Assembly: GCA_900617105.1 (NCBI GenBank)
Contig: UYFQ01000001.1
Coordinates: 4,712,001-4,776,000, forward strand
Direction of reading: 5' to 3'
From: Hydrurus foetidus
Taxonomy: Eukaryota
DNA: 64,000 nt
The translations under genes were made by a program, and so were the position numbers. Below are positions 54,061 to 63,300 of the stretch, in pieces. The stretch's first letter is position 1. Every line of letters begins with the position of its first letter. The notes beneath the pieces are model-generated. The model was not told the DNA's origin and did not search any database. It saw only the letters and a list, made by a program, of their open reading frames with translations.

Positions 54061-54196
54061 GAGGTTTCTCCTTCAAAGCCGGGGAATATTCCCCAACCCG
54101 AAGGTTTCTGCCGATCGCACCTAAATGCAAGTGCCGCGCAAAGCAAAACGCGGTGGCCGTCTTTGCAGATCAACCACCGCGTCAGCGGTTTAGTTC

Positions 54197-54236
54197 AACA
54201 ACCTATCGGGCTGTCTGTTTTTATTAGAACACTACA
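54197..54236 (-). mobile_element. Isolated IS3 left-end remnant (40 bp)
   Basis: Minus strand TGTAGTGTTCTAATAAAAACAGACAGCCCGATAGGTTGTT matches 47001-47040 with 3 mismatches. Confidence 0.9.
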
Positions 54237-54238
54237 AG

Positions 54239-54442
54239 CTCTATGAGGTAGTTAAGCGAGACTACGAAACTGTTCAGCAATGAATCCTCGACCCAGACAG
54301 AGGTTTTTCGCACTTAACCGGTTCAACGGGTGTTTATATACAACCCCGAACAAAAGGCCCCGGTCACGGCAGTACTTCGCGCGCGTTCTATGCACGAAAG
54401 TCATTTTTAGCCAAATTCATCGATTTGAATCGCGCTGTGTAG
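54239..54442 (+). pseudogene. C-terminal remnant of a MutH/Sau3AI-like endonuclease
   Basis: LYEVVKRDYETVQQ*ILDPDRGFSHLTGSTGVYIQPRTKGPGHGSTSRAFYARKSFL; internal TGA at 54281; family recalled from memory. Confidence 0.65.
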
Positions 54443-54613
54443 GTAGTTGGTGGCGCTCGCTGTCAAGTTTTTCTGTGTAAAGTTCGGCCGCGGGCGCGAA
54501 TCAGAGCTGGGATTTATTGTCTAGTTTGTCAATTCCGCGTGCGACCAAGTCGTTCGTATGAGCACAGACGCCAACGCAATTCGGCGCAATACTAATTCGG
54601 TGCTTTTGAAATC

Positions 54614-54647
54614 ATCAAAATAGATGTAATATCACATCAGTTTTGAT
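54614..54647. promoter_or_regulatory. Inverted-repeat operator upstream of vapB
   Basis: atcaaaa-ta-gatgt-N6-acatc-ag-ttttgat. Confidence 0.6.
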
Positions 54648-54664
54648 TCCCAAAAGGTTGCACC

Positions 54665-54871
54665 ATGCGAACTACCATCACCATCGAAGACACGCTCTAC
54701 CAAAAGGCGCTTGATTTAGCCGACCCCAAAATGGACAAGGCCGACTTGTTCCGGGAGGCGATCAGTACCTTCGTTCGCGTGCAAGCGGGCAAACGCTTGG
54801 CAGCACTGGGTGGGCTTGCACCAGGAATGGTCGATGTGCCACGCCGCAGCCATGCGGTTGTGCCTGAATGA
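54665..54871 (+). CDS. vapB: VapB-family antitoxin (RHH)
   Basis: [27 protein letters not shown] overlap with the PIN gene. Confidence 0.88.
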   Translation: MRTTITIEDTLYQKALDLADPKMDKADLFREAISTFVRVQAGKRLAALGGLAPGMVDVPRRSHAVVPE

Positions 54872-55248
54872 ACGTGTTGGTTGATACGTCGGTATGGGTG
54901 GCGCATTTCCGCAATGCAAACGATGCTTTGGTGGGCTTGATCGACCGGGACCTTGTTTTAGGCCACCCGATGGTTCTGGCGGAACTTGCATGCGGCACAC
55001 CACCTGCTCCCAGAGAGCAAACCTTGGGCGACATGGCGTTGCTTGGGCAGGCACATCTGGCCAGTTGGGCTGAAGTGATGGCCTTTATCGAACGTGAAAA
55101 GCTATATGGCTTGGGCTGCGGCTTTATAGACATCGCGCTGCTGGCCAGTACGTGCATCACGCCAAACGCAGCACTTTGGACATTGGATAAAAAATTGATG
55201 AATTTGGCTGGACGATTTAACGTTCAGTTTTTAGCGTCTTTGCATTGA
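54868..55248 (+). CDS. vapC: VapC PIN-domain toxin
   Basis: [22 protein letters not shown]. Confidence 0.9.
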   Translation: MNVLVDTSVWVAHFRNANDALVGLIDRDLVLGHPMVLAELACGTPPAPREQTLGDMALLGQAHLASWAEVMAFIEREKLYGLGCGFIDIALLASTCITPNAALWTLDKKLMNLAGRFNVQFLASLH

Positions 55249-55271
55249 AGCGCAAAGGCCGACCAAGGCAA

Positions 55272-55460
55272 TTACTTTCGGGCCACAGCACCCTGCATCT
55301 GAATCAATGCTTTCAACTGCCCACGCACCTCAGCTAGCTCACGCTGCTGGCTGAGCATGATGCCGCGCATTTCGCGCTGCTGTTAAATCAGCTCAGTAAC
55401 CTGGGTTCGCAGCGACGAAATGTCCGTCAGGCGGTCCATCACGTCGGTCAGCACGCTCAT
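55272..55460 (-). pseudogene. 62-codon coiled-coil ORF with one internal TAA, coupled to the upstream RHH-like gene
   Basis: MSVLTDVMDRLTDISSLRTQVTELI*QQREMRGIML..QLKALIQMQGAVARK; ATGA overlap at 55457-55460; stop at 55383-55385. Confidence 0.6.
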
Positions 55461-55750
55461 GCAAATTCCTTGGCGGCGGCTTTTTGCAGCTTGGCTATTT
55501 CGCGCATAAAGGCAGTGTGCTCAGTGGTGTTGCCTTTGAGGTCTGCCAGCATCGCGTTGATGTCGCCTTGAGCGCGTTGGGTACCCATGTCGAGCGTTTG
55601 AATTTCTTCCAGCGTTACGCCTGCAATGGCGGCGTCAACCGCGTCGCGCATGATTTCCGACACCTTGCGGCCTGATTTTTTGGCTTGGCTGGTCAGCGCT
55701 TGTTTTTGCGAAGGCTCTAGGTTAACTTGGGTTAAAACCATTGAACTCAT
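55457..55750 (-). CDS. Putative ribbon-helix-helix (CopG-like) protein
   Basis: LTQVNLEPSQKQAL..AKKSGRKVSEIMRDAVD pattern; ATG at 55750 preferred. Confidence 0.7.
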   Translation of the reverse strand: MSSMVLTQVNLEPSQKQALTSQAKKSGRKVSEIMRDAVDAAIAGVTLEEIQTLDMGTQRAQGDINAMLADLKGNTTEHTAFMREIAKLQKAAAKEFA

Positions 55751-55770
55751 CAGATTTGTCCTTGGGTAGT

Positions 55771-55809
55771 GATGCATGCCAATATATATCAACATGCATG
55801 TCAAGTCAA
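55771..55809 (-). promoter_or_regulatory. Sigma70-like promoter overlapped by an inverted repeat
   Basis: Minus strand TTGACT-17 bp-TATATT; atgcatg..catgcat arms at 55772-55778 and 55793-55799. Confidence 0.55.
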
Positions 55810-55841
55810 ACCACCCGAGAACTGGTGATTAAAGCAAAACC

Positions 55842-56492
55842 ATGTACCTGCCCGCCCAATTCATCGCCAAAGACAGCAACACGACAAACGCCACAGCCTA
55901 CGAGCTGATTCGCGCCAATCCGTTGGCCAGCCTGATATCAACAGACGATGACGGTTTGCCGTTTGTTACGCCGCTGCCTTTGCATTTGCTGACTGACGAA
56001 GGAGAGGGGAGCGAAACGCTGCTGCTCGGCCACTGCGCCAAGCCCAACCCGCACTGGCGCTACTTAACCGCGCGGCCCAAAGCCATTGTTACTTTCATGG
56101 GCCCGCACGCATACATGACGCCGCGCGTGTACCCTGATCTGGCCCGCGTACCCACGTGGAACTACCTGATGGTGCATTGCACGGTTGAGGCAAAAATCAT
56201 CGAATCTTTCGACGACAAAGACCGCCTGCTAAAACACCTGATTGCTGACCACGACCCCGCCTACGCCGACCAGTGGCGCGGCCTGGGTGAAGACTATCAA
56301 CACAAAATGATGAACGGCATAGTAGCGTTTGAGCTGCGAGTTTTGAGCATGCAGTGCAAAGTCAAGCTCAACCAGCACCGGCCTGAGGCGCAAGCCGGGA
56401 TGCGCGCGGCGTATGGGTCTGGCACTGAAAACGAACGCGCGCTTGCTCAGTGGATGGACAAGCTGTCTGCGCCTGCCGACGCAACTTTATAA
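55842..56492 (+). CDS. PaiB-family FMN-binding protein
   Basis: MYLPAQF, GPHAY, VPTWNY, KLNQ. Confidence 0.9.
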   Translation: MYLPAQFIAKDSNTTNATAYELIRANPLASLISTDDDGLPFVTPLPLHLLTDEGEGSETLLLGHCAKPNPHWRYLTARPKAIVTFMGPHAYMTPRVYPDLARVPTWNYLMVHCTVEAKIIESFDDKDRLLKHLIADHDPAYADQWRGLGEDYQHKMMNGIVAFELRVLSMQCKVKLNQHRPEAQAGMRAAYGSGTENERALAQWMDKLSAPADATL

Positions 56493-56501
56493 AGCCCAAC
56501 T

Positions 56502-56723
56502 ATGCGAAGTATTTTTGGCGTATTGAGTCTGCTGGTGGCGCTGGGAATCGTTGCTGTGGTGGTTAAAAAACAGCTGGCCACCTCACCGGTCAGCGTGCAG
56601 CCAACACCTGGCGCAAGCGCGGGGTCAACGCCTCAGCAAACACAGCAGCAGTTCAAGCAAGCGCTTGATGCAGCCATGCAAACGGGGCAGAAACGGGGCG
56701 ATGCTCTTGGCGACGACAAATAG
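56502..56723 (+). CDS. Small membrane-anchored hypothetical protein
   Basis: N-terminal TM helix and Q-rich helix. Confidence 0.65.
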   Translation: MRSIFGVLSLLVALGIVAVVVKKQLATSPVSVQPTPGASAGSTPQQTQQQFKQALDAAMQTGQKRGDALGDDK

Positions 56724-56761
56724 CCCGAAAAGCGCTAAGTTAAGAACTTAATCAGGCTGCA

Positions 56762-56802
56762 GCCGAATCAATACGGGTGCTAGCAGCTATATAAATAATA
56801 GC
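56762..56802 (+). repeat. 41-bp repeat copy 9 (between convergent genes)
   Basis: gccg-aatcaatac-gggt-gctagca-gcta-tataaataa-tagc. Confidence 0.8.
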
Positions 56803-56814
56803 AAAAACCGGGCG

Positions 56815-57672
56815 TTAACGCGCTGCTCTACCGTTCGCCGTAGCCGGGTACATCAAGCCGTGTACGCGCCCCTTGTCGCCGCGCGCGAACGGTGCCCACT
56901 GCCCCTCAAGTTGGGCCAGCCGGTCGGCCACTGCCCACCACGCACTGGGGTTTATGCCCAAGCCGATGTGACTGGCCAGTACTTCGATGTTTTCAGTGTG
57001 CGGGTTGGTTTTGCTGGCCTTTTGAATGCTGGCTTGCCAAGCCACCACGCCGTCGCTTTTCGAATAAATACTGGTGGTTGGCACCGGCGGCGCAGCGGGC
57101 AGGTCGTAGTGGTCAGCTTCGCGTTCGATTTTTCGGCCGCTGGTCAGCTCGTACACGCGCCACGCGTTGGTGGACTTGTGTGAGCCCGCAAACGGCGTGC
57201 CGAGCGTGATCACGCCGCGCACCATGTGCGGCAGCTCTTTGGCCAGTTCGCGCGCATACACGCCACCCAAGCTCCAGCCAATCAAACTCACTTTGCGGCC
57301 CGTGCTTTCAAAGGTGCGCACCAGGTTGTCTTTGGCTTCGTTAAGCACGCCAGCGCGCGGCCCAAAATTAAAGCCCTGCGCCCAACCCCAAGGGCTGTAG
57401 CCCAGCGACTGCAGGTAGTAGCGCAGCGGTACGGTCGAGGCGTCGTTGGCCGACAAGCCTGGGAACACCATCACGGCGTGGCCGTCGCCTCTGGGCGCGC
57501 GGGACAAAAACGGCCAGCTTGGCAGCAGCGCGCCAAACTCCCAAAAGGCACGCACTTCAAGCGCCATTAGCCAGGCGCTGGGCGGCTCGCTATGCAGCAT
57601 TTCGCTGGGGTTAAAACTTTGGTTAGACACTGACTGCACGTTTGCTGATTTTCTTGACGACTGGCTTGCCAT
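56815..57672 (-). CDS. Alpha/beta hydrolase (lipase/esterase-like)
   Basis: GWSLGG nucleophile elbow, ITLGTP, DGVV, SHIG. Confidence 0.88.
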   Translation of the reverse strand: MASQSSRKSANVQSVSNQSFNPSEMLHSEPPSAWLMALEVRAFWEFGALLPSWPFLSRAPRGDGHAVMVFPGLSANDASTVPLRYYLQSLGYSPWGWAQGFNFGPRAGVLNEAKDNLVRTFESTGRKVSLIGWSLGGVYARELAKELPHMVRGVITLGTPFAGSHKSTNAWRVYELTSGRKIEREADHYDLPAAPPVPTTSIYSKSDGVVAWQASIQKASKTNPHTENIEVLASHIGLGINPSAWWAVADRLAQLEGQWAPFARGDKGRVHGLMYPATANGRAAR

Positions 57673-59290
57673 GAGGGGTGGAAGTGAGTTTGGATTTGGG
57701 TGCTTTGGTTGCGGTAGATTTTGAACCACTTGCAGCGCGTTTCACGCTTGGCTTTTTGAGCGGCAGGGGTGTTGAATCTGTTTTCGTCACTTTGGTGACT
57801 GGGGCGACTGAACTGACTGCACTTACTTCCTGCGCAACTGGTCCCATTAACACCATTGCTTCGCGAAACGCAGCTTCAATGGCCTTGGCCAAGTCGTTGG
57901 CATGGGGCAGCGCTTTTTTGTCTGCCACGATGCCAAAGTCAACCCGGCCAGCATAGGTTTGCACTGTGATATTGAGCGCCAGGCCGTGCACGATGATCGA
58001 CACCGGGTGAAACGTTAAAAACTGCGCGCCCGCCAAAAACAGGGGCATGGGGGCGCCCGGCACGTTTGAAATGACCAGGTTGGCCATTACCGGCAGGCGG
58101 GTGAACAAATTGCTTTTGCCCGCTGCGTTCAGTGCCATTTTGGCCGCGCCGCCCACCAGCCACGGCGCCAGCAGGGAAGGGTAGTCGGTAGGCAGCAGAC
58201 CTTTAAGCGACTGCACAGACGCTTTTACCTTTCCGGTCGACGTCATGATGGCGTTCATTCGCTTGATGGGGTTGGCCAAGTTCGTGCCCAAATCCACCAA
58301 ACTCATGCTGACCTGGTTGCCCAAATTGGTGGCGTCTACCTGCCCACTTTCGCGCAGCGACACCGGCATGGCGGCCACCAACGATTTTTTAGGCAAATTG
58401 TGGTGTTGCGTTAAATAGCTGCGCAGCGCAGTAGAGCAAATCCACAGCACTACATCATTGAACGAGCCGCCAACGGCTTTGCCGATGGCCTTGCATTCAG
58501 CCAGCGGCGCGCTGGCCACCGCAAACACCCGGCCCACAGACACGCCAGTATTAAAACCGGTAGGCGGCGCAAGCTTGAGCGGTATCTTGCTGGTTTTTAC
58601 CTCGCTTACCGACGAGCGCTTGGCAAGCGACGCGCCGAGCGAGCCCGCCGCTGACGGCAACAGTTTTGCGGCCTTGACCAGTTGCCCCAGCGAGCTTGAA
58701 AACACCGTACCAATCATTTTGCTGATCTTCAAGTCTGCTTCGCGTGGGCCGCGCCGTTTGGCGTCGGGCGGCGCTACTTCGCGCGGTATAGGGGTGACGT
58801 CTAGCAGGGCATTGGCCAGCAGAACGCCACCTTTGCCGTCGAGCGCGGCGTGGTGAATTTTTGAGAAAAACCCTGCCACCAATTTGCCGTCGGGCAATTT
58901 GATGCGGTCAAAAATATAAAACTCCCACAGCGGAAAGTTGCGGTCAATCAGTTCGCCATGCAATTGCGCGCAAAGCTTGTGCGCCTCAGCCAGCGTCATG
59001 GGGGCGGCGCCTTTTTTGGCTGAATCCGCCCGGCGGATATGAAAACCCATGTCGACTGAATCGGCCTCTACCCACAGCGGGTGGCCCAAGTCCATTGGCA
59101 TAAAAACCAGCTTTCGGCTAAACACCGGCGCCAGGTGCATGCGCTTGGTGATGTGCTCGATTACCGCTTTATGAAAGCTGCCTTTAAACCCCGCAGGCAA
59201 CCCGCACAGGGCAAACGAGCCCACGTGCATCGGCATTTCAGGTGATTCAAGGTATAAAAAAGTGGCATCGAGGCCAGTCAGGCTTTGCAT
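57623..59290 (-). CDS. Wax ester synthase/diacylglycerol acyltransferase (WS/DGAT)
   Basis: LDATFLYLE..PMHVG, HHAALDG catalytic motif, ISNVPG; ATG at 59290. Confidence 0.93.
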   Translation of the reverse strand: MQSLTGLDATFLYLESPEMPMHVGSFALCGLPAGFKGSFHKAVIEHITKRMHLAPVFSRKLVFMPMDLGHPLWVEADSVDMGFHIRRADSAKKGAAPMTLAEAHKLCAQLHGELIDRNFPLWEFYIFDRIKLPDGKLVAGFFSKIHHAALDGKGGVLLANALLDVTPIPREVAPPDAKRRGPREADLKISKMIGTVFSSSLGQLVKAAKLLPSAAGSLGASLAKRSSVSEVKTSKIPLKLAPPTGFNTGVSVGRVFAVASAPLAECKAIGKAVGGSFNDVVLWICSTALRSYLTQHHNLPKKSLVAAMPVSLRESGQVDATNLGNQVSMSLVDLGTNLANPIKRMNAIMTSTGKVKASVQSLKGLLPTDYPSLLAPWLVGGAAKMALNAAGKSNLFTRLPVMANLVISNVPGAPMPLFLAGAQFLTFHPVSIIVHGLALNITVQTYAGRVDFGIVADKKALPHANDLAKAIEAAFREAMVLMGPVAQEVSAVSSVAPVTKVTKTDSTPLPLKKPSVKRAASGSKSTATKAPKSKLTSTPHGKPVVKKISKRAVSV

Positions 59291-59446
59291 TGTTTTTGTC
59301 TCCGTGAGGCTTGCTTTCTGCACGATACCGCAACCAATGCTGCTTACGTCACAGGGTTTGTCGCTTAGGCGATGCGCCCGCTCGCCTTGCTGCTCCGCAA
59401 GCTGGGTGCGTATTGAGTAACATCGTGTTTGCAATGACTCTTAACT

Positions 59447-59487
59447 GCTATTAATTAGGTAGCTGCTCGCGCCCGTATTTATTGAGC
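59447..59487 (-). repeat. 41-bp repeat copy 10 (only minus-strand copy)
   Basis: Minus strand gctc-aataaatac-gggc-gcgagca-gcta-cctaattaa-tagc. Confidence 0.88.
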
Positions 59488-59655
59488 TACAGACCTAAAA
59501 CATTCTCTATTGTGGGCTTTCGCAGCATTTTTGACCTTAAACACCGTGACCGCTTGCAGTACGCAGACAATCGAGGCTTGTTTATGCTTTGCTAAGTTTG
59601 CGGCATGCTACATCCGCCTGAATATTTTGTTTACTGTTCAAACCTTGTTCATTCC

Positions 59656-60159
59656 ATGTTCACTACCTACTCTGACTATTCCGCCAGCCGCGTCTTTTTT
59701 GTGATTTGCGCTGCCTGCCTGGGCATGCTGGCTTTCGGTTTGTACCTGCAGCACGTCGTGGGCCTGGAGCCTTGTCCCATGTGCATCGTGCAGCGCTATG
59801 CTTTGATTTTAGTAGCACTGATTGCAGGCAGTGCGGCGTTTTTTCGCAAAAAAGCAACTGTGCTGCTGGGCAGTATCTTGCTTTTTATCACCAGCGTAGC
59901 GGGCGCATTTGTGGCGGCGCGGCAAAGTTACCTGCAGTGGTTTCCGCCGGAAATTGCCAGCTGCGGGCGCGACTTTTACGGCATGGTCGAAACCTTTCCG
60001 CTCAAACGCTTGATTCCCATGATCTTCAAAGGCAGTGGCGACTGCACCAAAATTGACTGGACGTTTTTGGGCTTGTCCATCGCTAATTGGTCGTTTTTGT
60101 GCTTTGCGGCCTTTGCGTTGCTGGCGCTGGTCTTGATTGTTCAGCGACTCAAAAGCTAG
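59656..60159 (+). CDS. dsbB: Disulfide bond formation protein B
   Basis: EPCPMCIVQR, second Cys pair, four TM helices. Confidence 0.93.
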   Translation: MFTTYSDYSASRVFFVICAACLGMLAFGLYLQHVVGLEPCPMCIVQRYALILVALIAGSAAFFRKKATVLLGSILLFITSVAGAFVAARQSYLQWFPPEIASCGRDFYGMVETFPLKRLIPMIFKGSGDCTKIDWTFLGLSIANWSFLCFAAFALLALVLIVQRLKS

Positions 60160-60304
60160 CCGAAGTTTTTTAAGGCGGTTTTCGCCCGTTTTACCGCCTA
60201 CTGGCTCGGGTAACATCATGCGATGCGACTTTTAACGCCTCAAGCCTTTTGCGGCTGCAAAGCGTTATGAATCAACAGCTTATAAAACAAAAACGGGTTG
60301 TCTT

Positions 60305-63300
60305 TTGCGTTTAAATTCCATCAAGCTCTCGGGTTTCAAGTCGTTTGTTGACCCCACCAACTTCGTGCTGCCGGGGCAATTGGTGGGCGTGGTGGGCCCC
60401 AACGGTTGCGGCAAGTCCAACATCATGGACGCCGTGCGCTGGGTGCTGGGTGAAAGCAAGGCATCCGAGCTGCGCGGCGAGTCGATGCAAGACGTTATTT
60501 TTAACGGCACCACCACGCGCAAACCTGCCAGCCGCTCCAGCGTAGAGCTGGTGTTTGACAACGCTGACCACCGCGCCGGTGGCCAGTGGGGCCAGTTTGC
60601 TGAAATTGCCGTTAAACGCGTGCTGACCCGTGACGGCACTTCAAGTTACTACATTAACAACCAGCCGGTGCGCCGCCGCGATGTGCAAGACGTGTTTTTG
60701 GGAACTGGCCTGGGCCCACGCGCTTACGCCATCATTGGCCAGGGCACGATCAGCCGCATCATCGAGTCCAAGCCTGAAGAGCTGCGCCTGTTTTTAGAAG
60801 AAGCCGCAGGCGTTTCCAAGTACAAAGAACGCCGCCGCGAAACTGCCAATCGGCTTGAAGGCACGCGAGAAAACCTGACGCGGGTCGAAGACATTTTGCG
60901 CGAGCTCAATGCCAACCTGGAGCGGCTTGAAAAGCAGGCTGAAGTCGCACTGCGCTACAACCAGCTGCAGGCAGATGGCACGCTCAAGCAGCATCAGTTG
61001 TGGTTTTTAAAGCGGGTGGATGCTAGTGCTGACCAAGCCAAAGTGAAAGCAGACTTTGAAAAAGCCGGCAACGACCTTGAAGCCCGCGTGGCCGATTTGC
61101 GCCACATTGAATCTGACCTGGAAACCATTCGCCAATCGCATTTCGCCGCTGGTGACCACGTTAATCAGGCGCAGGGCAAGTTGTACGAGGCCAGCAGCGA
61201 CGTCGGCCGCCTTGAAGCTGAAATTCGCTTTGTGGTCGATGGCCGCTTGCGTGTTGAGCAGCGGCTGATTCAGCTCAAAGAGCAAACCGCGCAGTGGGCA
61301 ACCCGCAAGCATGACGCGGCGCTTGAAACCGAAACACTCGGCAGCCAAGCGCTGGCGTCACAAGAAAAAGCCGAACTGCTGGCTGCACAAAGCGAAGACC
61401 AAGCCGCCCAACTGCCGCTGCTGGAAGAAACCCTGCGCAGTGCCCAAGCCAAAGCCAACGAACAGCGCGGCGGCGTAGCGCAAGTGCAGCAGCAAATACA
61501 AGTGCTCGCCTTTGAGCAGCGCACGCTGGCCGAACAATCGCGCGCTGCAACGCTGCGGCTTGAAAAGCTCAATGCCGACAAAAACGCACTCAACGCCCCT
61601 GACGAGGCGCGGTTAACCAACCTTAACGCGCAATTTGCGGCGGCGCAAATCGCTCAAACTGCGCTCGACACCACGCTACATTCGCTGACCGACAGCGTGC
61701 CGCAACTTGATGCTGACCGGCAAGCCAAACAAAGCGCTGTCAACACCGAATCGGCAAAGCGGTCTGATTTGTCTGCCCGGTTAGATGCGCTCAAGGCGCT
61801 GCAAGAAAAAGTCAAAACCGACGGTAAGCTCAAACCCTGGCTGGCCAAGCACGGCCTGGACAGCTTGCAAGGCCTGTGGAGCCGCCTGCACATCGAACCG
61901 GGCTGGGAAAACGCGCTGGAAGCCGCACTGCGCGAGCGTTTAAGCGCACTCGAAGTCAGCCGCCTTGACCTAGTGCGCGGTTTTGCGGGGTCTGAAGGCA
62001 ACGACACCCCACCCGCCAAACTGGCTTTTTACTCCCCGCCTGCAGCGGGCGCCAGCGCCAAGCCCAATGCGGGCCTTGGCCTAAAACCGCTGGCTGATTT
62101 ACTGCGCTTAAATGATGCTGGCCAGTCTGCATTGCTTGGCGACTGGCTGAGCGGTTGCTACACAACCAGCAAGCTTGATGACGCTCTGGCAGTGCGCGCC
62201 AAGCTGCAAAACGGCGAAGTCATTTTTGTTAAAAACGGCCATGCGGTCACGCAGCACAGCGTGAGTTTTTATGCACCTGATTCTGAGCAAGCCGGTTTGC
62301 TGGCCCGTGCGCAAGAAATTGAAAACCTCGACAAGCAGCTCAAAGCGCAAGTGCTGATCAGCGAAGAAGCGCGGTCTGCATCCATTCGGGCGGAGGCCAG
62401 CTATGCCGATGCCGCCCAGCGGCTGGTGGCCGCGCGCCGCACCACCGCAGACGCGCAGGTGGCCACCCACGCGCTGCAAGTTGAAGTGCTGCGCCTGTCG
62501 CAATTGGCCGAGCAAACCCGCTCGCGCGCCGAGCAAATTCAGGTCGACGTAGTTGACATTGAAGCGCAGTTGGGCGACTTGGAAGAACGCAAAGCCGTGG
62601 CCGAGGGCCGGTTTGAAGAGCTCGATATGCAGCTGGCTGACAGCCAGGAGCGCCACGCCCAATTCGACGACCGCGTGATTGAAGCGGAGCGCAAACAAAA
62701 CGAAGCTCGCGAGCAGCAGCGCGCACTTGAGCGGCAACTGCAAGAAGCGCAATTCAGCCAGCGCTCAGTCACAGCGCGGCAAACCGAGCTGACCCGGGCC
62801 ATCGCCATTGCCGCCGAGCAATTTGAAACCATTGCCCAAGAAGAGCAACGCGCAAGCGCTGAGCTGTCCAGCCTGTCTGACGTGGTGGCGCAAACGGGCC
62901 TGCAGTCGGCCCTTAGCGTCAAGCTGGAGCGCGAGTCTGACTTGGGCGCTAAACGCAGCCAGTACGACGACCTGACCGCCAAGCTGCGGGCCAGTGATGA
63001 AAGGCGACTTGCACTTGAGCGCGACCTTGACCCGCTGCGCCAGCGCATGACCGACCTGCAACTGAAAGAGCAAGCCGCGCGCCTGGGCTTTGAGCAGTAC
63101 GAGCAGCTGTTGCAAGACGCGCAGGCCGATTTGGCGGCGGTTGAGCAATCGATTCAAACCGGCAACGTGCGGCTGAGCGGTCTGCAAAGCGACATTGACC
63201 GCATCAACCGCGATATTGCAGCGCTGGGCGCAGTGAATTTGGCGGCGCTTGACGAGCTGAGCACGGCGCGCGAACGCAAACAATTTTTAGATGCCCAGTC

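Larger units (their letters stand above)
51699..54199 (-). mobile_element. IS91-like element carrying a tyrosine recombinase and a Y2 HUH transposase
   Basis: 15-bp terminal inverted repeats GTTGGACTGAACCGC / GCGGTTTAGTTCAAC (2 mismatches), subterminal 9-bp hairpin at 54148-54182, two co-oriented genes. Confidence 0.8.

Noticed and set aside
54280..54480. 66-aa ORF in the track
   Set aside because: It overlaps, in another frame, the more convincing endonuclease remnant
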